Counted from the stretch's first letter, positions 53,791 through 63,500 are shown. The stretch is 64,000 nucleotides of DNA from an uncultured Oscillospiraceae bacterium (GCA_910584715.1 CAJUAN010000010.1:13496-77495), one strand, 5' to 3'. Notes: generated from the letters alone by a model not told the origin. A program made the numbers and translations.

Positions 53791-54378
53791 ATGTCAAAAA
53801 CAAAAGAGAAAACCCTTATGCTTGCGGTAATGGGAGTGCTTACCGCTATCGTTATCGTGCTTCAGGCGCTGGCAATAGGCATCAGGTTCGGAACGTTCAG
53901 CATTACGCTGGTGCTTGTCCCTATAGTGGTGGGCGCGGCTCTCTACGGCTGGAAAGCGGGGGCGTGGCTGGGACTGGTTTTCGGAGCGGTCGTGCTTATG
54001 ACCGACGCGGCTGCGTTTCTTGCGGTCAGTGTGCTGGGAACAGTTGTTACCTGCCTGCTTAAAGGTATTCTTGCGGGGATTGCGGCTGCGGCCGTTTACA
54101 GGCTGCTGGAGAATAAAAACCGCTGGGCAGCTATACTTGCGGCGGCGGTAGTGTGTCCCGTGGTGAACACAGGCGTGTTCCTGCTGGGTTGTGTAGTGTT
54201 TTTCTACGACACTGTCAGCGAGTGGGCTGCGGGTGCGGGCTTCGCAAACGTAGGGGTCTATCTTATAGTAGGATTTGTAGGAATAAATTTCCTTGTTGAA
54301 ACGGCGATAAACCTTTGCCTCAGTACTGTTATAGTGCGGGTGCTGAGCGTTGTGAAAAAGCCTGCCGTTGAAGCATAG
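53791..54378 (+). CDS. ECF-transporter substrate-specific (S) component, possibly pantothenate-specific
   Basis: ATG at 53791 has AGGAGGAA upstream. About 195 aa with 6 TM helices, a typical ECF-S size and shape. The substrate is guessed only from the adjacency to coaX. Confidence 0.6.
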   Translation: MSKTKEKTLMLAVMGVLTAIVIVLQALAIGIRFGTFSITLVLVPIVVGAALYGWKAGAWLGLVFGAVVLMTDAAAFLAVSVLGTVVTCLLKGILAGIAAAAVYRLLENKNRWAAILAAAVVCPVVNTGVFLLGCVVFFYDTVSEWAAGAGFANVGVYLIVGFVGINFLVETAINLCLSTVIVRVLSVVKKPAVEA

Positions 54379-54388
54379 CATACTTAAT

Positions 54389-54425
54389 AGCTGCGGCGTA
54401 TTCTGTCAGGGAATACGCCGCAGCT
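54389..54425 (+). terminator. Strong 15-bp hairpin after the ECF-S gene (weak U-tract)
   Basis: AGCTGCGGCGTATTC / GAATACGCCGCAGCT, followed by TGTTAAAAAA. Confidence 0.45.
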
Positions 54426-54448
54426 TGTTAAAAAAGCCGGTCAAAATG

Positions 54449-54480
54449 AGATCCTTCCGCATTTAGCCGCGGGAGGATCT
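54449..54480 (-). terminator. Putative terminator of the GT-C gene
   Basis: AGATCCTTCCGC / GCGGGAGGATCT stem (11/12). On the minus strand it is followed by CATTTTGA. Confidence 0.5.
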
Positions 54481-54519
54481 GAAATTTTCATACCGTTAGA
54501 AACAGAAGAAGCGCGGTTA

Positions 54520-56079
54520 TTATTCGGGAATCAATCTTCCTATTTCTTTTTCTAAATCAAATTCGGATATTTCAATATAGCGGATATTAACTCCAAAAGG
54601 TATACCGTCGCGAATTGAATAAATAATATTCCTGTTGCTTTGAATAAAATCAATTTCCACATACGCATTCAGGAAATATATATTTTCGCAGTTTTTTAGG
54701 TCGTTGTATATTTTTTGATAAGAAATATTTTCAGGAAGCTTTTTATGACAGCAGTACGTATAGAATTCCCCGTAATCAAGAGAGTAAAAATTATACTCCG
54801 GGAGATAAGCGGAAAGGAACGGGGCGATCTTATCGCCTGTTATAAAAACACTGTTTTCAGGAAAATTTTCTTTTATATAGCCGGCAGCTGTTTCGGAAGG
54901 ACTAAACGGCTTTACATAATCTCTGAATAAAAAATACACTCCTGTAGGTATCGGGATAATCAGTATCAATGTCATGATAATATTGAAGGAACGCTTAAAG
55001 CCTTCGTCTGAACGCCTTATAAAATCAATTATCTTTTTTATGACTCGCGTTTCAATTTTCGTATTTATTTCAGACCACATTCTGCCGGCATTATTGCAAG
55101 GTTCGTATTCGGCTGTCCATGCGGTTATGAAAAACATCAGTATGAAAATGTGCGCGCGGTTAGGGATCGTATACCAAAAAATACCTGAAGTTATAATGTA
55201 GAAGATGCAGAAAAACAGCAAAACAAGAAACGGTCTGGTTTTATGACGCATTAAAATAAATTCGGCGATAAATATTATTGCGAGAGTACCTGAAATAATG
55301 TACATGAATAAGTTTCTGTCTCCGTATTCAATAAGAGACATCGAAATATTAGAAAAGCTTTCAAGAGCAGAGCTTACTATCACATTAAATGTGTAATTAT
55401 TTTTTGACGTGCTCGAATTTAAGCTCAGCGAGTTGAGAAGCGGAAGCACCATCAAAAGCACGCCTGCTCCCGAAACGGCAAGCCCGGCTATCTCGGCGGC
55501 GTTCTGCCTCGGAGAATTCGTTTTAAACCCGCGGAACAGGTCTGTTATCATAAAGATACCCATTATTCCTATAAATCCGCTTATACAAATATGTGTATTT
55601 GCAAGCAGCGCAATAAGAAGTCCGAACAGAATCGGGTGCTCCTTTCGTTTCGGATACAGCCATGCGATAAGCACCGCAAAAAGGTTTATCAGACAGTATA
55701 CTCTTGACATCACAGAGTTAAAGTACAGGAATCCTCCCGAAAACAGGACTGCCGATTTTGTAACAATATGGAAAGGCGCTTTAAACATAACGACCGCAGC
55801 CGCAGCCGCAGTAATAAACCAGCTTATCAGCGGGATAACAGTACACTCAAACCCAAGATGCGAAAAAATATACAGGATAAGGTACCAGAGCGGCGGGTGC
55901 CCCTCATAGCCAAGTTGACGGAATATACCTGATATCGTATTATCCCTGGCAATAGTCCACGCCTGAGCCTCGTCGAACCAAAGCTCGTGATTGAGCGCGC
56001 CTATAAGTGTAAGTACAGCGTAAAAAACGAATACCGCTCCGCACACGGCATTATTTTTACTTATCTTTTTTTCCCCCAT
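54520..56079 (-). CDS. Polytopic membrane glycosyltransferase, GT-C fold (ArnT/PMT-like)
   Basis: 519 aa with at least 10 TM helices. First-loop acidic motif HELWFDEAQAW, as in GT39/GT83-type enzymes. Visibly AT-richer than its neighbours. Confidence 0.65.
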   Translation of the reverse strand: MGEKKISKNNAVCGAVFVFYAVLTLIGALNHELWFDEAQAWTIARDNTISGIFRQLGYEGHPPLWYLILYIFSHLGFECTVIPLISWFITAAAAAVVMFKAPFHIVTKSAVLFSGGFLYFNSVMSRVYCLINLFAVLIAWLYPKRKEHPILFGLLIALLANTHICISGFIGIMGIFMITDLFRGFKTNSPRQNAAEIAGLAVSGAGVLLMVLPLLNSLSLNSSTSKNNYTFNVIVSSALESFSNISMSLIEYGDRNLFMYIISGTLAIIFIAEFILMRHKTRPFLVLLFFCIFYIITSGIFWYTIPNRAHIFILMFFITAWTAEYEPCNNAGRMWSEINTKIETRVIKKIIDFIRRSDEGFKRSFNIIMTLILIIPIPTGVYFLFRDYVKPFSPSETAAGYIKENFPENSVFITGDKIAPFLSAYLPEYNFYSLDYGEFYTYCCHKKLPENISYQKIYNDLKNCENIYFLNAYVEIDFIQSNRNIIYSIRDGIPFGVNIRYIEISEFDLEKEIGRLIPE

Positions 56080-56101
56080 AGCAGCCTCCGCAATTTCTTT
56101 G

Positions 56102-57682
56102 TCAGTCCTTATCCGACTTCTCCTCGTGGTATTCCTTTTCGGTGTTGACGTTCCATACGTTTTCCTTGTCGGAAGAACCGCTTATTATCGCCTTTGCTGC
56201 GTTAATTGCGGTAAGCATGGAATGATCCATGTTGTTGTACCTGTGCTGACCGTTTCTTCCCACACAGAAAAGGTTTTTATAGCCGTCAAGCCATTCCCTG
56301 ACTCTGCCGAAATCCTTGTATGTACCGAAATAAGCGGGGTAAGCTTTTTTCACTCTCGCCGAGAATTTGTCTATAACATGGCTTTTTTTAATAATACCGA
56401 TCTTTTCAAGCTCGCCAACCGCAAAGTCCTCAAACTGTTCGGAGGGCATATTCCACATTTCGTCTCCCTCGTTGCAGAAATATTCCATTCCCACCCATAT
56501 ATGCTTGTTCATATCATCGACCATATATGGGGACCAGTTGTTAAATATCTGGAGCCGTCCTACCTTTACGTCACGCTCCTGTATGTATATCCAGCAGTCG
56601 GGTACAATATTGTTTATCGTATCCATTTTTGTTTTGTTTTCCAGTTCAAGCCTGTCAAGCAAAAGACCCGCTGTAATAAAATCACGGTACGGGAGCTCGG
56701 AAGCTATCCCGTTTACATCGTCTGGAGCGTTCCCGAAAGCGGAAACAAGATCCTTGACGGGCATAGAGGATACAAGGTAATCGCAGGGAATAAATTCCTC
56801 CCTGCCGAAATCGGGAGAAGCCTCGTCGGTATTCCTGACCGTAACGCCCGTAACAACGCCGTTCTCCTCGGAGACGCTTACGACCTCCCTGTGCATCAGG
56901 AGCTCCGCGCCCAGCTCTTTGTCAATATCAGCCAGCTTTTCCCAAAGCTGCCCGGGACCGTATTTTGGATAATAGAATTCCTCTATCAGCGAGGTCTCCA
57001 CCTTGCCGTCCTTTTTTCTGAACGGCTTTGAAAGCGCGGTGGTGATAAGCTTCCACACCGAAAGCCCCTTTACTCTTTGAGCGCCCCAGTCGGCGGAAAT
57101 ATTTGAAGGGTGAACGCCCCACACTTTTTCGGTGTAATCCTCAAAAAACATACGGTAAAGCGGTTTGCCGAAGCGGTTTATGTAGAAATTCTCAAGAGAA
57201 GTCTCGGGAAGCTTATGAAAAACGCTGCCCAGATAACCGAATCCCGCCTTTACCGTGTTAACAAATCCCATGTTTATAAACGTAGCGGGTTTCAGAGAAA
57301 TGGGATAATCAAAAAATCTGCGCCTGTAATAAATTCTCGATACTCTTGTGCGGAGCAGGAAAACGTCGTCTGTTTTTTCCGGGTCGGCGTTCTTGTCGTC
57401 CGAAAACGCACGCATTCTTCCGAGAACGGCGTCGTCCTTCGAGGGAGCCCCCTGAAGCGGAAGGATATCCGTCCACATTTTCATTATATCCTTGTCCTTT
57501 GAAAAGAATCGGTGTCCGCCTATATCTATTCTGTTGCCCTTGTATTTTGCGGTGCGGGATATTCCTCCTATGTCTCCGCTCGCTTCAATTATAACGGGAT
57601 GAAAGTCCTTGCTCTCTTTAAGAAGGGTGTACGCCGCCGTTAAGCCGGCAGGACCGGCACCTATGATAACTACGTTTTTCAT
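56102..57682 (-). CDS. FAD/NAD(P)-binding oxidoreductase (amine-oxidase / UDP-galactopyranose-mutase-like fold)
   Basis: ATG at 57682 has GAAAGGAAAAA upstream. Dinucleotide motif [15 protein letters not shown]...EASGDIGG. 526 aa. Confidence 0.75.
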   Translation of the reverse strand: MKNVVIIGAGPAGLTAAYTLLKESKDFHPVIIEASGDIGGISRTAKYKGNRIDIGGHRFFSKDKDIMKMWTDILPLQGAPSKDDAVLGRMRAFSDDKNADPEKTDDVFLLRTRVSRIYYRRRFFDYPISLKPATFINMGFVNTVKAGFGYLGSVFHKLPETSLENFYINRFGKPLYRMFFEDYTEKVWGVHPSNISADWGAQRVKGLSVWKLITTALSKPFRKKDGKVETSLIEEFYYPKYGPGQLWEKLADIDKELGAELLMHREVVSVSEENGVVTGVTVRNTDEASPDFGREEFIPCDYLVSSMPVKDLVSAFGNAPDDVNGIASELPYRDFITAGLLLDRLELENKTKMDTINNIVPDCWIYIQERDVKVGRLQIFNNWSPYMVDDMNKHIWVGMEYFCNEGDEMWNMPSEQFEDFAVGELEKIGIIKKSHVIDKFSARVKKAYPAYFGTYKDFGRVREWLDGYKNLFCVGRNGQHRYNNMDHSMLTAINAAKAIISGSSDKENVWNVNTEKEYHEEKSDKD

Positions 57683-57695
57683 TGGCTTTTTCCTT

Positions 57696-58145
57696 TCATT
57701 TGTTGAATACGAATATCTTACGTCCGCAATAATTCCACACAAGAACCAATGCCGCCGTTATGACCTTTGTGATCAGATAGTGCCATTTGAGCAGATACAC
57801 GCCCGTGTACATTCCCAGCTCGGTAAGGCCGAGCCCGATAACGCCGATCGCAGTAAAGACAATAAACGCCTTTGCGCTTTTGCCCGAACTGCTGTTTTCC
57901 GATTTTTTAAAAACAAACACTACCGAAAGGATATAGTTCACTATCAGACCCGCAATAAAGCCCGCGGCAGTCGAAGCAAAAAGCTCGGGCTTCGAGTCGC
58001 CCTTGAAGATAAATTCCTTGAAAAGAAACAGGGTTCCCGAATCAGCAAGAAAAGCTATTCCTCCAACTATCGCGTACCTGAAAAATTCCTTGAAAAGCTT
58101 AAAATATTTGTCTATCATTTGTTTATCCATAAAGTCATGTCCCAT
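57696..58145 (-). CDS. GtrA-family membrane protein
   Basis: [22 protein letters not shown] pattern and 4 TM helices. The start is ambiguous (58145, 58130 or 58118). Confidence 0.7.
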   Translation of the reverse strand: MGHDFMDKQMIDKYFKLFKEFFRYAIVGGIAFLADSGTLFLFKEFIFKGDSKPELFASTAAGFIAGLIVNYILSVVFVFKKSENSSSGKSAKAFIVFTAIGVIGLGLTELGMYTGVYLLKWHYLITKVITAALVLVWNYCGRKIFVFNK

Positions 58146-58205
58146 CTGAAATAAAATTTCCCTGCCGATCCGCAGGAGCATCCCGATATACGCAATATGT
58201 CAAAA

Positions 58206-59069
58206 TTATCCCGGCTGTTTGCGCAGCGTTAGTGAAACAAGCTCGGGAGGATTATGGATCCTGAACCGTCCCAGACCGCGGCTTGCGATAAGGAACGAAT
58301 CTCCGATACGGTAAACCCCCTCCTTGTATTTGGGCATCAGTTTTCTTTCGGGAGAAAATATCCCCTGAACGAACGGAAGCCGGACAAGCCCCCCGTGAAC
58401 ATGTCCTCCCAGAGAAAGATCCGCGCCCCACTCCGCGTGGACGTCGAAGTCCAGCGGATTATGAGCCAGCAGAACAGTGTATTCGTCAGGCTGCTTTACG
58501 CCCAGATAGTCTATCATATCCGTAAGCATAAAGGCTTTCCAGCCGCGTTTATATTCGCGGACTCCCCGGTAATATTCCGCGGAATAGCACAAACCGCACA
58601 GATGTATTTTTTCGTCCGCCCTGAAAATGTCCGCCGAAGAATTGTCAAGGCATACCGCACCGTATGAAGCCATTGTTTCCGCAATGTAGGAAGATGTTTC
58701 CCCGTCAAGATCGGAAAGCTCATGATTTCCGTTTACGTAATAGACCGGACAAAGCTCTGCAAGCATTTTTACCAGCCGTAAAAATTTGTCCGTATTGGGA
58801 GCCTCATGGCTTATCATATCTCCCGTCATTACAATGATGTGCGGTTTTTCCGCCGCAATAAGCTCGAACAAAGGAGCATTATCCCTGCCGAAGACCTTGT
58901 TGTGCAGATCGGAAAGATGGACGATCCTAAATCCGTCGAAGCCCGACGGAAGCGCAGGGGAACATATACTGTAGCGCGAAACCTCTATGCGGGACATCTC
59001 CCGGTATATATGCGGAATAGTTCCGCCCAGAAAAAAAGACGTGGTAAGCATTGAAGCGCGGCGGTTCAT
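58206..59069 (-). CDS. Calcineurin-like metallophosphoesterase (membrane-associated, YkuE-like)
   Basis: LSDLHN, GDMISH, GNHE, LLAHNP, GHVHGG motifs in canonical order. AAGGGAG RBS. Confidence 0.85.
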   Translation of the reverse strand: MNRRASMLTTSFFLGGTIPHIYREMSRIEVSRYSICSPALPSGFDGFRIVHLSDLHNKVFGRDNAPLFELIAAEKPHIIVMTGDMISHEAPNTDKFLRLVKMLAELCPVYYVNGNHELSDLDGETSSYIAETMASYGAVCLDNSSADIFRADEKIHLCGLCYSAEYYRGVREYKRGWKAFMLTDMIDYLGVKQPDEYTVLLAHNPLDFDVHAEWGADLSLGGHVHGGLVRLPFVQGIFSPERKLMPKYKEGVYRIGDSFLIASRGLGRFRIHNPPELVSLTLRKQPG

Positions 59070-59139
59070 GGCGGTCTCCCTTTCGTGCGGCGCCGGATTT
59101 CTATCCGGTGCCGGGATGAGCGTACAAAAGTATATACTA

Positions 59140-59168
59140 ATTATACACGATTTTTACAAAAATATCAA
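59140..59168 (-). promoter_or_regulatory. Sigma-A type promoter for the metallophosphoesterase gene
   Basis: On the minus strand: TTGATA(59168-59163), 17-nt spacer, TATAAT(59145-59140). Confidence 0.5.
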
Positions 59169-59226
59169 TACTAAAATTACAATACGCAATAATTTTTTCA
59201 CATTCCCCATTATCGGATATGAAAGC

Positions 59227-59260
59227 AAAAAGGCAGCGGCAGGAATTATTCCCGCCGCTG
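59227..59260 (-). terminator. Rho-independent terminator of the second SBP gene
   Basis: 12-bp stem (59234-59245 / 59249-59260, one mismatch) with a 3-nt loop. On the minus strand it is followed by CCTTTTTG. Confidence 0.7.
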
Positions 59261-59299
59261 TCTGCTGTTTTTTATCCGCAGTATTGCCGATAAGAGATA

Positions 59300-60691
59300 T
59301 CAGTTGTAAATCTCGATCTCGGAATCAATAATGTTCATAAATTCCTCTCTTGCCTGCTCCCATGACTCATACTGCTCATTGTAAATACATTCGTACAAAA
59401 ATCTGATATAGCCGCTGTCGCCCTGCATAGCCTCGGAAATGCCAAGACCAAACTCATACGGCGCAACAAACTTTTCGTCATCGCTGAAAGAATATACGAG
59501 GTCGTACATATCGCTTGTCCAAGCCGAATTATTGGCAAGGAACTTTTCCTTCTTGACTTTCAGATACTGCTCCTCCGTGTTTACCATTCTGTTAATATTG
59601 AACCAAACCTTTACGCAGTCTGCATTGTCGCTGCCCTTGACCCACATATGCGAGAAGAGTATCTTGTTCATATAGTAGTCGTCAAGATCAGGATTTCTGG
59701 GGAAAGGAACGATCTGTATAACATCGCCCGGCATGGATTCGGCAGCGCCGGTATAAGCCCATGTACCCATAGCGTAGAACAGACAGTCATTAGACGGGAA
59801 TGCAGCCTCGGGGCCTACCCAGCCGCGCTTGATAAGACCTTTTGCAAACATATCGGCAATAACGCCCTGAGCCTTTTCGATCTTTGGGCTGTACAGATTG
59901 TTGCTGAATTTGCTGCCGTCGTAATTTACCATTACGTCGCCGGCTGTATATACGAAAGAGTTTGCCCAGAAGCCCGAAATGCCGTAAAGACTTTCGTCTC
60001 CGCCCTGAAATTCTTCCATAATGCTCGTGAACGCGTTCCAGTCCCACTTGTTTTCAAGGTAAAGCTCATAGGGATCGTCCGCGCCCATTTCCTCGACGGT
60101 AGATCTGTTGTACATAAGGATAACGTAGTCGTCAAAACGGTAGCTGAAAGGAGCAACGTAGTGTTCGCCGTTCCATACGAAATTATCGGCAGCGTCCTTT
60201 ACCTCGGCCCAAAGAGGATCGTTCCAGTCAATAATCGAGTCGATAGGCTGGTACATACCCTTGCTGATATCATAAGGGAACGCGCGGAAGTCGTAAACAA
60301 AGATATCCGGTGAAGTTCCTCCGAGAACAGCGGTAGCAAGGTCGTTGTACTGCTGATCGGTGGTGGTGGGAATGTATTCGATCTTAGCTCCGTATGTGTC
60401 CTCAAATATAGCGACTTCAGCGGAACGCTCGGGATTGTCGTTTGTGGGGTTAAGGTCGTAGAAGCCCATCCATTTCAGGGTCTTGCCCTCGATATTTATA
60501 TCGGAATCCACAGCGTCCTCGGCAACTGTTACCTCAATGTTGTCGCCCGTCCATTCTGTTTTAGCGGTCGTGGTTTCGGTAGGCGCGGTATCGGAGCTTC
60601 CGCTGCCCGCGTCGTCCGAGCAGGCTGAAAGGGAGAATGCCGAAGCGGCCGCCATAATGCTCGCAAGAATTCTTGCATATGTTTTCTTCAC
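59300..60691 (-). CDS. ABC-transporter extracellular solute-binding lipoprotein (carbohydrate type), no adjacent permeases
   Basis: GTG start at 60691 with AAGGAGG 7 nt upstream. Lipobox FSLSAC. Paralog of the 25634-27055 product (YGAKIEYIPTTTDQQYNDLATAVLGGTSPDIF vs YGGEIEYIQTTDSTKYDDLATLVLGGNSPDMF). Confidence 0.8.
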   Translation of the reverse strand: MKKTYARILASIMAAASAFSLSACSDDAGSGSSDTAPTETTTAKTEWTGDNIEVTVAEDAVDSDINIEGKTLKWMGFYDLNPTNDNPERSAEVAIFEDTYGAKIEYIPTTTDQQYNDLATAVLGGTSPDIFVYDFRAFPYDISKGMYQPIDSIIDWNDPLWAEVKDAADNFVWNGEHYVAPFSYRFDDYVILMYNRSTVEEMGADDPYELYLENKWDWNAFTSIMEEFQGGDESLYGISGFWANSFVYTAGDVMVNYDGSKFSNNLYSPKIEKAQGVIADMFAKGLIKRGWVGPEAAFPSNDCLFYAMGTWAYTGAAESMPGDVIQIVPFPRNPDLDDYYMNKILFSHMWVKGSDNADCVKVWFNINRMVNTEEQYLKVKKEKFLANNSAWTSDMYDLVYSFSDDEKFVAPYEFGLGISEAMQGDSGYIRFLYECIYNEQYESWEQAREEFMNIIDSEIEIYN

Positions 60692-60726
60692 AAAAAAACC
60701 TCCTTAAAAATTTTCGCTTTATGTTA

Positions 60727-60740
60727 TGCAAACGTTTACA
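60727..60740. promoter_or_regulatory. cre-like / LacI-family palindromic operator TGCAAACGTTTACA
   Basis: 13/14 match to the cre consensus TGWNANCGNTNWCA. Near-perfect dyad, 36-49 nt upstream of the SBP start codon. Confidence 0.45.
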
Positions 60741-60877
60741 AAAATGCTTTCACCATAATGCTATAATAATTACAACACATTTTGATTCCGTATGCAGACT
60801 ATATATGGTCATCAAGTTGCATATAATATCCCGCAATATTTTATGCACCATTTCAAAACAAATAATTAAAACGGGGC

Positions 60878-60906
60878 TTGACATATGCTGCCGAACGTGA
60901 TAAAAT
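60878..60906 (+). promoter_or_regulatory. Candidate distal promoter upstream of pfk
   Basis: TTGACA(60878-60883), 17-nt spacer, TAAAAT(60901-60906). Confidence 0.4.
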
Positions 60907-60912
60907 AAGCAA

Positions 60913-60926
60913 TGTAATCGTTTACA
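60913..60926. promoter_or_regulatory. cre-like operator TGTAATCGTTTACA
   Basis: 14/14 match to TGWNANCGNTNWCA. Sits at about +1 to +14 of the distal promoter. Confidence 0.5.
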
Positions 60927-60996
60927 ACTTGCTTTTAATGCTATGCAATGGCAGCGCCGGCTGTATGCTTGTTTTCGGAGGTTTTTCGTGCAAGGG

Positions 60997-61025
60997 TTGA
61001 AAAAAGTCCCGTACCGTGGTATAAT
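60997..61025 (+). promoter_or_regulatory. Sigma-A promoter (extended -10) proximal to pfk
   Basis: TTGAAA(60997-61002), 17-nt spacer ending in TGG, TATAAT(61020-61025). Confidence 0.55.
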
Positions 61026-61066
61026 ATACTTATATTTATACTATTTTATGGTCGGAGGAACTTTTT

Positions 61067-62272
61067 ATGTTTAATATCGCGGCGGCACAATCAGGCGGAC
61101 CCACATCTGCTATAAACTCATCTCTTGCGGGAATATTCACCGAGGCTCTGAAGCAGCCCGAAATCGATACCGTATACGGTTCGATAAACGGTATCGAGGG
61201 CGTTCTGGGGGACGAATTTGTCGATCTCGGCAAAATCCTTACGTCCGACTACGATATAGACCTGCTTATGAAAACTCCGTCCACGGTGCTGGGTTCCTGC
61301 CGCTTCAAGCTTAAAGACCCTCTCGAGGACGACAGCGACTACCGCAGGGCGGCGGAAAACCTCACAAGGCGCGGCATAAAGGCTTTTTTCTACATCGGCG
61401 GAAACGACTCTATGGACACCGTAATGAAGCTGGATGAATGGTTCAGAGAAAACGGCGTTGACATAAAGGTCATAGGGGTACCCAAAACCATTGACAACGA
61501 CGTGGCCGAGACCGACCACACTCCCGGCTTCGGCTCCGCGGCAAAATATGTCGCCGCTTCATTGCAGGAAATAATCAGGGACAGCCGCGTCTACTCCATT
61601 CCATCTGTAACTATCGTTGAGATAATGGGACGGGAAGCGGGCTGGCTGGCAGCTTCCTCCTGCGTTCTGAGAGCCAACGGAGAACCGGCTCCACACATGA
61701 TATATCTTCCCGAAGCGGACTTTTCCGCGGACAAGTTCATTTCCGATATCCGCGAGGCTCAGAAGCGTTACAAAGCCGTTATCATCGCCGTTTCGGAGGG
61801 TATCAGTATCGGAGAGGGCTTTTCCTCCGAACTTACCGACGCATTCGGGCACAAATACCTTTCGGGCGTGGGCAAGTACCTTGAAAAGCTTGTGGGAGAC
61901 AATATCGGCTGCAAAGTGCGTTCCATAGAGCTGAACGTTATGCAGCGGTGCAGCTCCCATATAGCTTCCCTTACGGACATAACAGAAGCCAAGGAGATAG
62001 GCGAAGCGGCGGTTCGGGCGGCAATGGCGGGCGAAAGCGGAGTAATGATGATATTCCGCCGCATAAGCAACAATCCCTATCGGGTGGAGATAGTTACCGC
62101 CTCCGTTGACGGTGTAGCCAACAAGGAAAAGCTTTTCCCCGCGGAATGGATAAACGCCGAGGGAAACAACGTGACGGTGGACGCGCTGGACTACTTCCTG
62201 CCGCTTATTCAGGGAGAACCCGAAATCGAGTACAGGAACGGTATACCCGTTCATTTCCGGTTAAATCAATAA
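61067..62272 (+). CDS. 6-phosphofructokinase family enzyme, probably PPi-dependent
   Basis: GGAGGA RBS. PFK motifs GGPTSAINSS, IGGNDSM, PKTIDNDV, MGREAG. Asp in GGNDS and Lys in PKTIDND occupy the two positions that distinguish PPi- from ATP-dependent PFKs. Confidence 0.8.
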   Translation: MFNIAAAQSGGPTSAINSSLAGIFTEALKQPEIDTVYGSINGIEGVLGDEFVDLGKILTSDYDIDLLMKTPSTVLGSCRFKLKDPLEDDSDYRRAAENLTRRGIKAFFYIGGNDSMDTVMKLDEWFRENGVDIKVIGVPKTIDNDVAETDHTPGFGSAAKYVAASLQEIIRDSRVYSIPSVTIVEIMGREAGWLAASSCVLRANGEPAPHMIYLPEADFSADKFISDIREAQKRYKAVIIAVSEGISIGEGFSSELTDAFGHKYLSGVGKYLEKLVGDNIGCKVRSIELNVMQRCSSHIASLTDITEAKEIGEAAVRAAMAGESGVMMIFRRISNNPYRVEIVTASVDGVANKEKLFPAEWINAEGNNVTVDALDYFLPLIQGEPEIEYRNGIPVHFRLNQ

Positions 62273-62294
62273 TGTCAAGAAAGGACGTTGTCCA

Positions 62295-63500
62295 ATGTAT
62301 CCAATAAAAAAATTATCCGCAGCGCTTTTATCCGCGGCGCTTTCGCTGACGGTTCTGACCTCCTGCGGAAACGGAAATACCGTACAGGACGGCGGTTCTG
62401 CCGCCGATTCCGGCGCAAATCCCATCCTGTCGGCAGAAATGCGTGATATCACTTCCATGGAGCTGGTCAGGGACATGGGTCTCGGCTGGAATCTGGGAGA
62501 CACACTCGACGTATGCCAGGCAGACCGGGACGGCGACGGAAAGGTCAACGAGCACGTTGAAGAGGGCGAAAAAGTTGACGAGACTCTTTGGGGGAATCCC
62601 AAAGCCACAAAGGAGCTTTTCACTGCTCTCAAAGAGGACGGCATAAAATCCGTAAGGATACCCGTTACCTGGCGCGACCACATGGACGCCGAGGGAAACA
62701 TTGACCGCGAATGGCTAAGCAGGGTGCATGAGGTAGTCGATTACGCTTTTGGTCAGGATATGTACGTTATCCTGAACGTGCACCACGACGGCGGCGGAGA
62801 CCCTCAGTTCGGTGCGTGGATAATCGAGGGCGCAAAGAACGACAAGGAGAACACCCTTAAAAGGTACAGAAACCTCTGGTCCCAGATAGCGGAGGAATTC
62901 AAGGACTACGGGGATAAGTTGGTGTTCGAGTCCATGAATGAGGTGGGCTTCGACGGAATTGCGGAAAATACGGCGTACGGTCTGCTGAACGAGTTCAATC
63001 AGGCGTTTGTCGATCTTATCCGAAGCAGCGGCGGGAACAACGGCAGCCGTCACCTGCTGATCGCGGGCTACTGGACTGATATCGCAAGAACGTGCAGCGG
63101 CAGCTTTAAAATGCCCGACGATCCCGCGGGACGCTGCATTGTGTCGGTGCACTACTACACGCCCTGGGAATTCTGCACAACCAACATACATAACACATGG
63201 GGAACCGCCGCGGAAGTAAAGCAGATGGAAGACCTTTACGGAATGATGAAAACCAATTTCGTCGATAAGGGTATCCCCGTTATTATCGGAGAGTACGCTG
63301 CCAGCGGCAACGACAAGGCAAGCTGTATCTTCTTTATCGAGAAAATGGTGAAGCTTTGCTCCGATTACGGCATGGCTCCGTTTTACTGGGACAACGGCGG
63401 TCAGGTGGACAGGAACACCTATGAATGGCGCACCCCCGAATATCTTGAGGTAATGAAGAGAGCCTCAGGCGGGGAGGATTACGAGGTCGTAAAGCAATAA
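62295..63500 (+). CDS. GH5 endoglucanase-type glycoside hydrolase, lipoprotein (paralog of 28901-30040)
   Basis: Lipobox LTVLTSCG. GWNLGDTLD, RIPVTW, ILNVHHDGG, acid/base FESMNE, nucleophile IIGEYA, YWDNGG. Confidence 0.88.
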   Translation: MYPIKKLSAALLSAALSLTVLTSCGNGNTVQDGGSAADSGANPILSAEMRDITSMELVRDMGLGWNLGDTLDVCQADRDGDGKVNEHVEEGEKVDETLWGNPKATKELFTALKEDGIKSVRIPVTWRDHMDAEGNIDREWLSRVHEVVDYAFGQDMYVILNVHHDGGGDPQFGAWIIEGAKNDKENTLKRYRNLWSQIAEEFKDYGDKLVFESMNEVGFDGIAENTAYGLLNEFNQAFVDLIRSSGGNNGSRHLLIAGYWTDIARTCSGSFKMPDDPAGRCIVSVHYYTPWEFCTTNIHNTWGTAAEVKQMEDLYGMMKTNFVDKGIPVIIGEYAASGNDKASCIFFIEKMVKLCSDYGMAPFYWDNGGQVDRNTYEWRTPEYLEVMKRASGGEDYEVVKQ

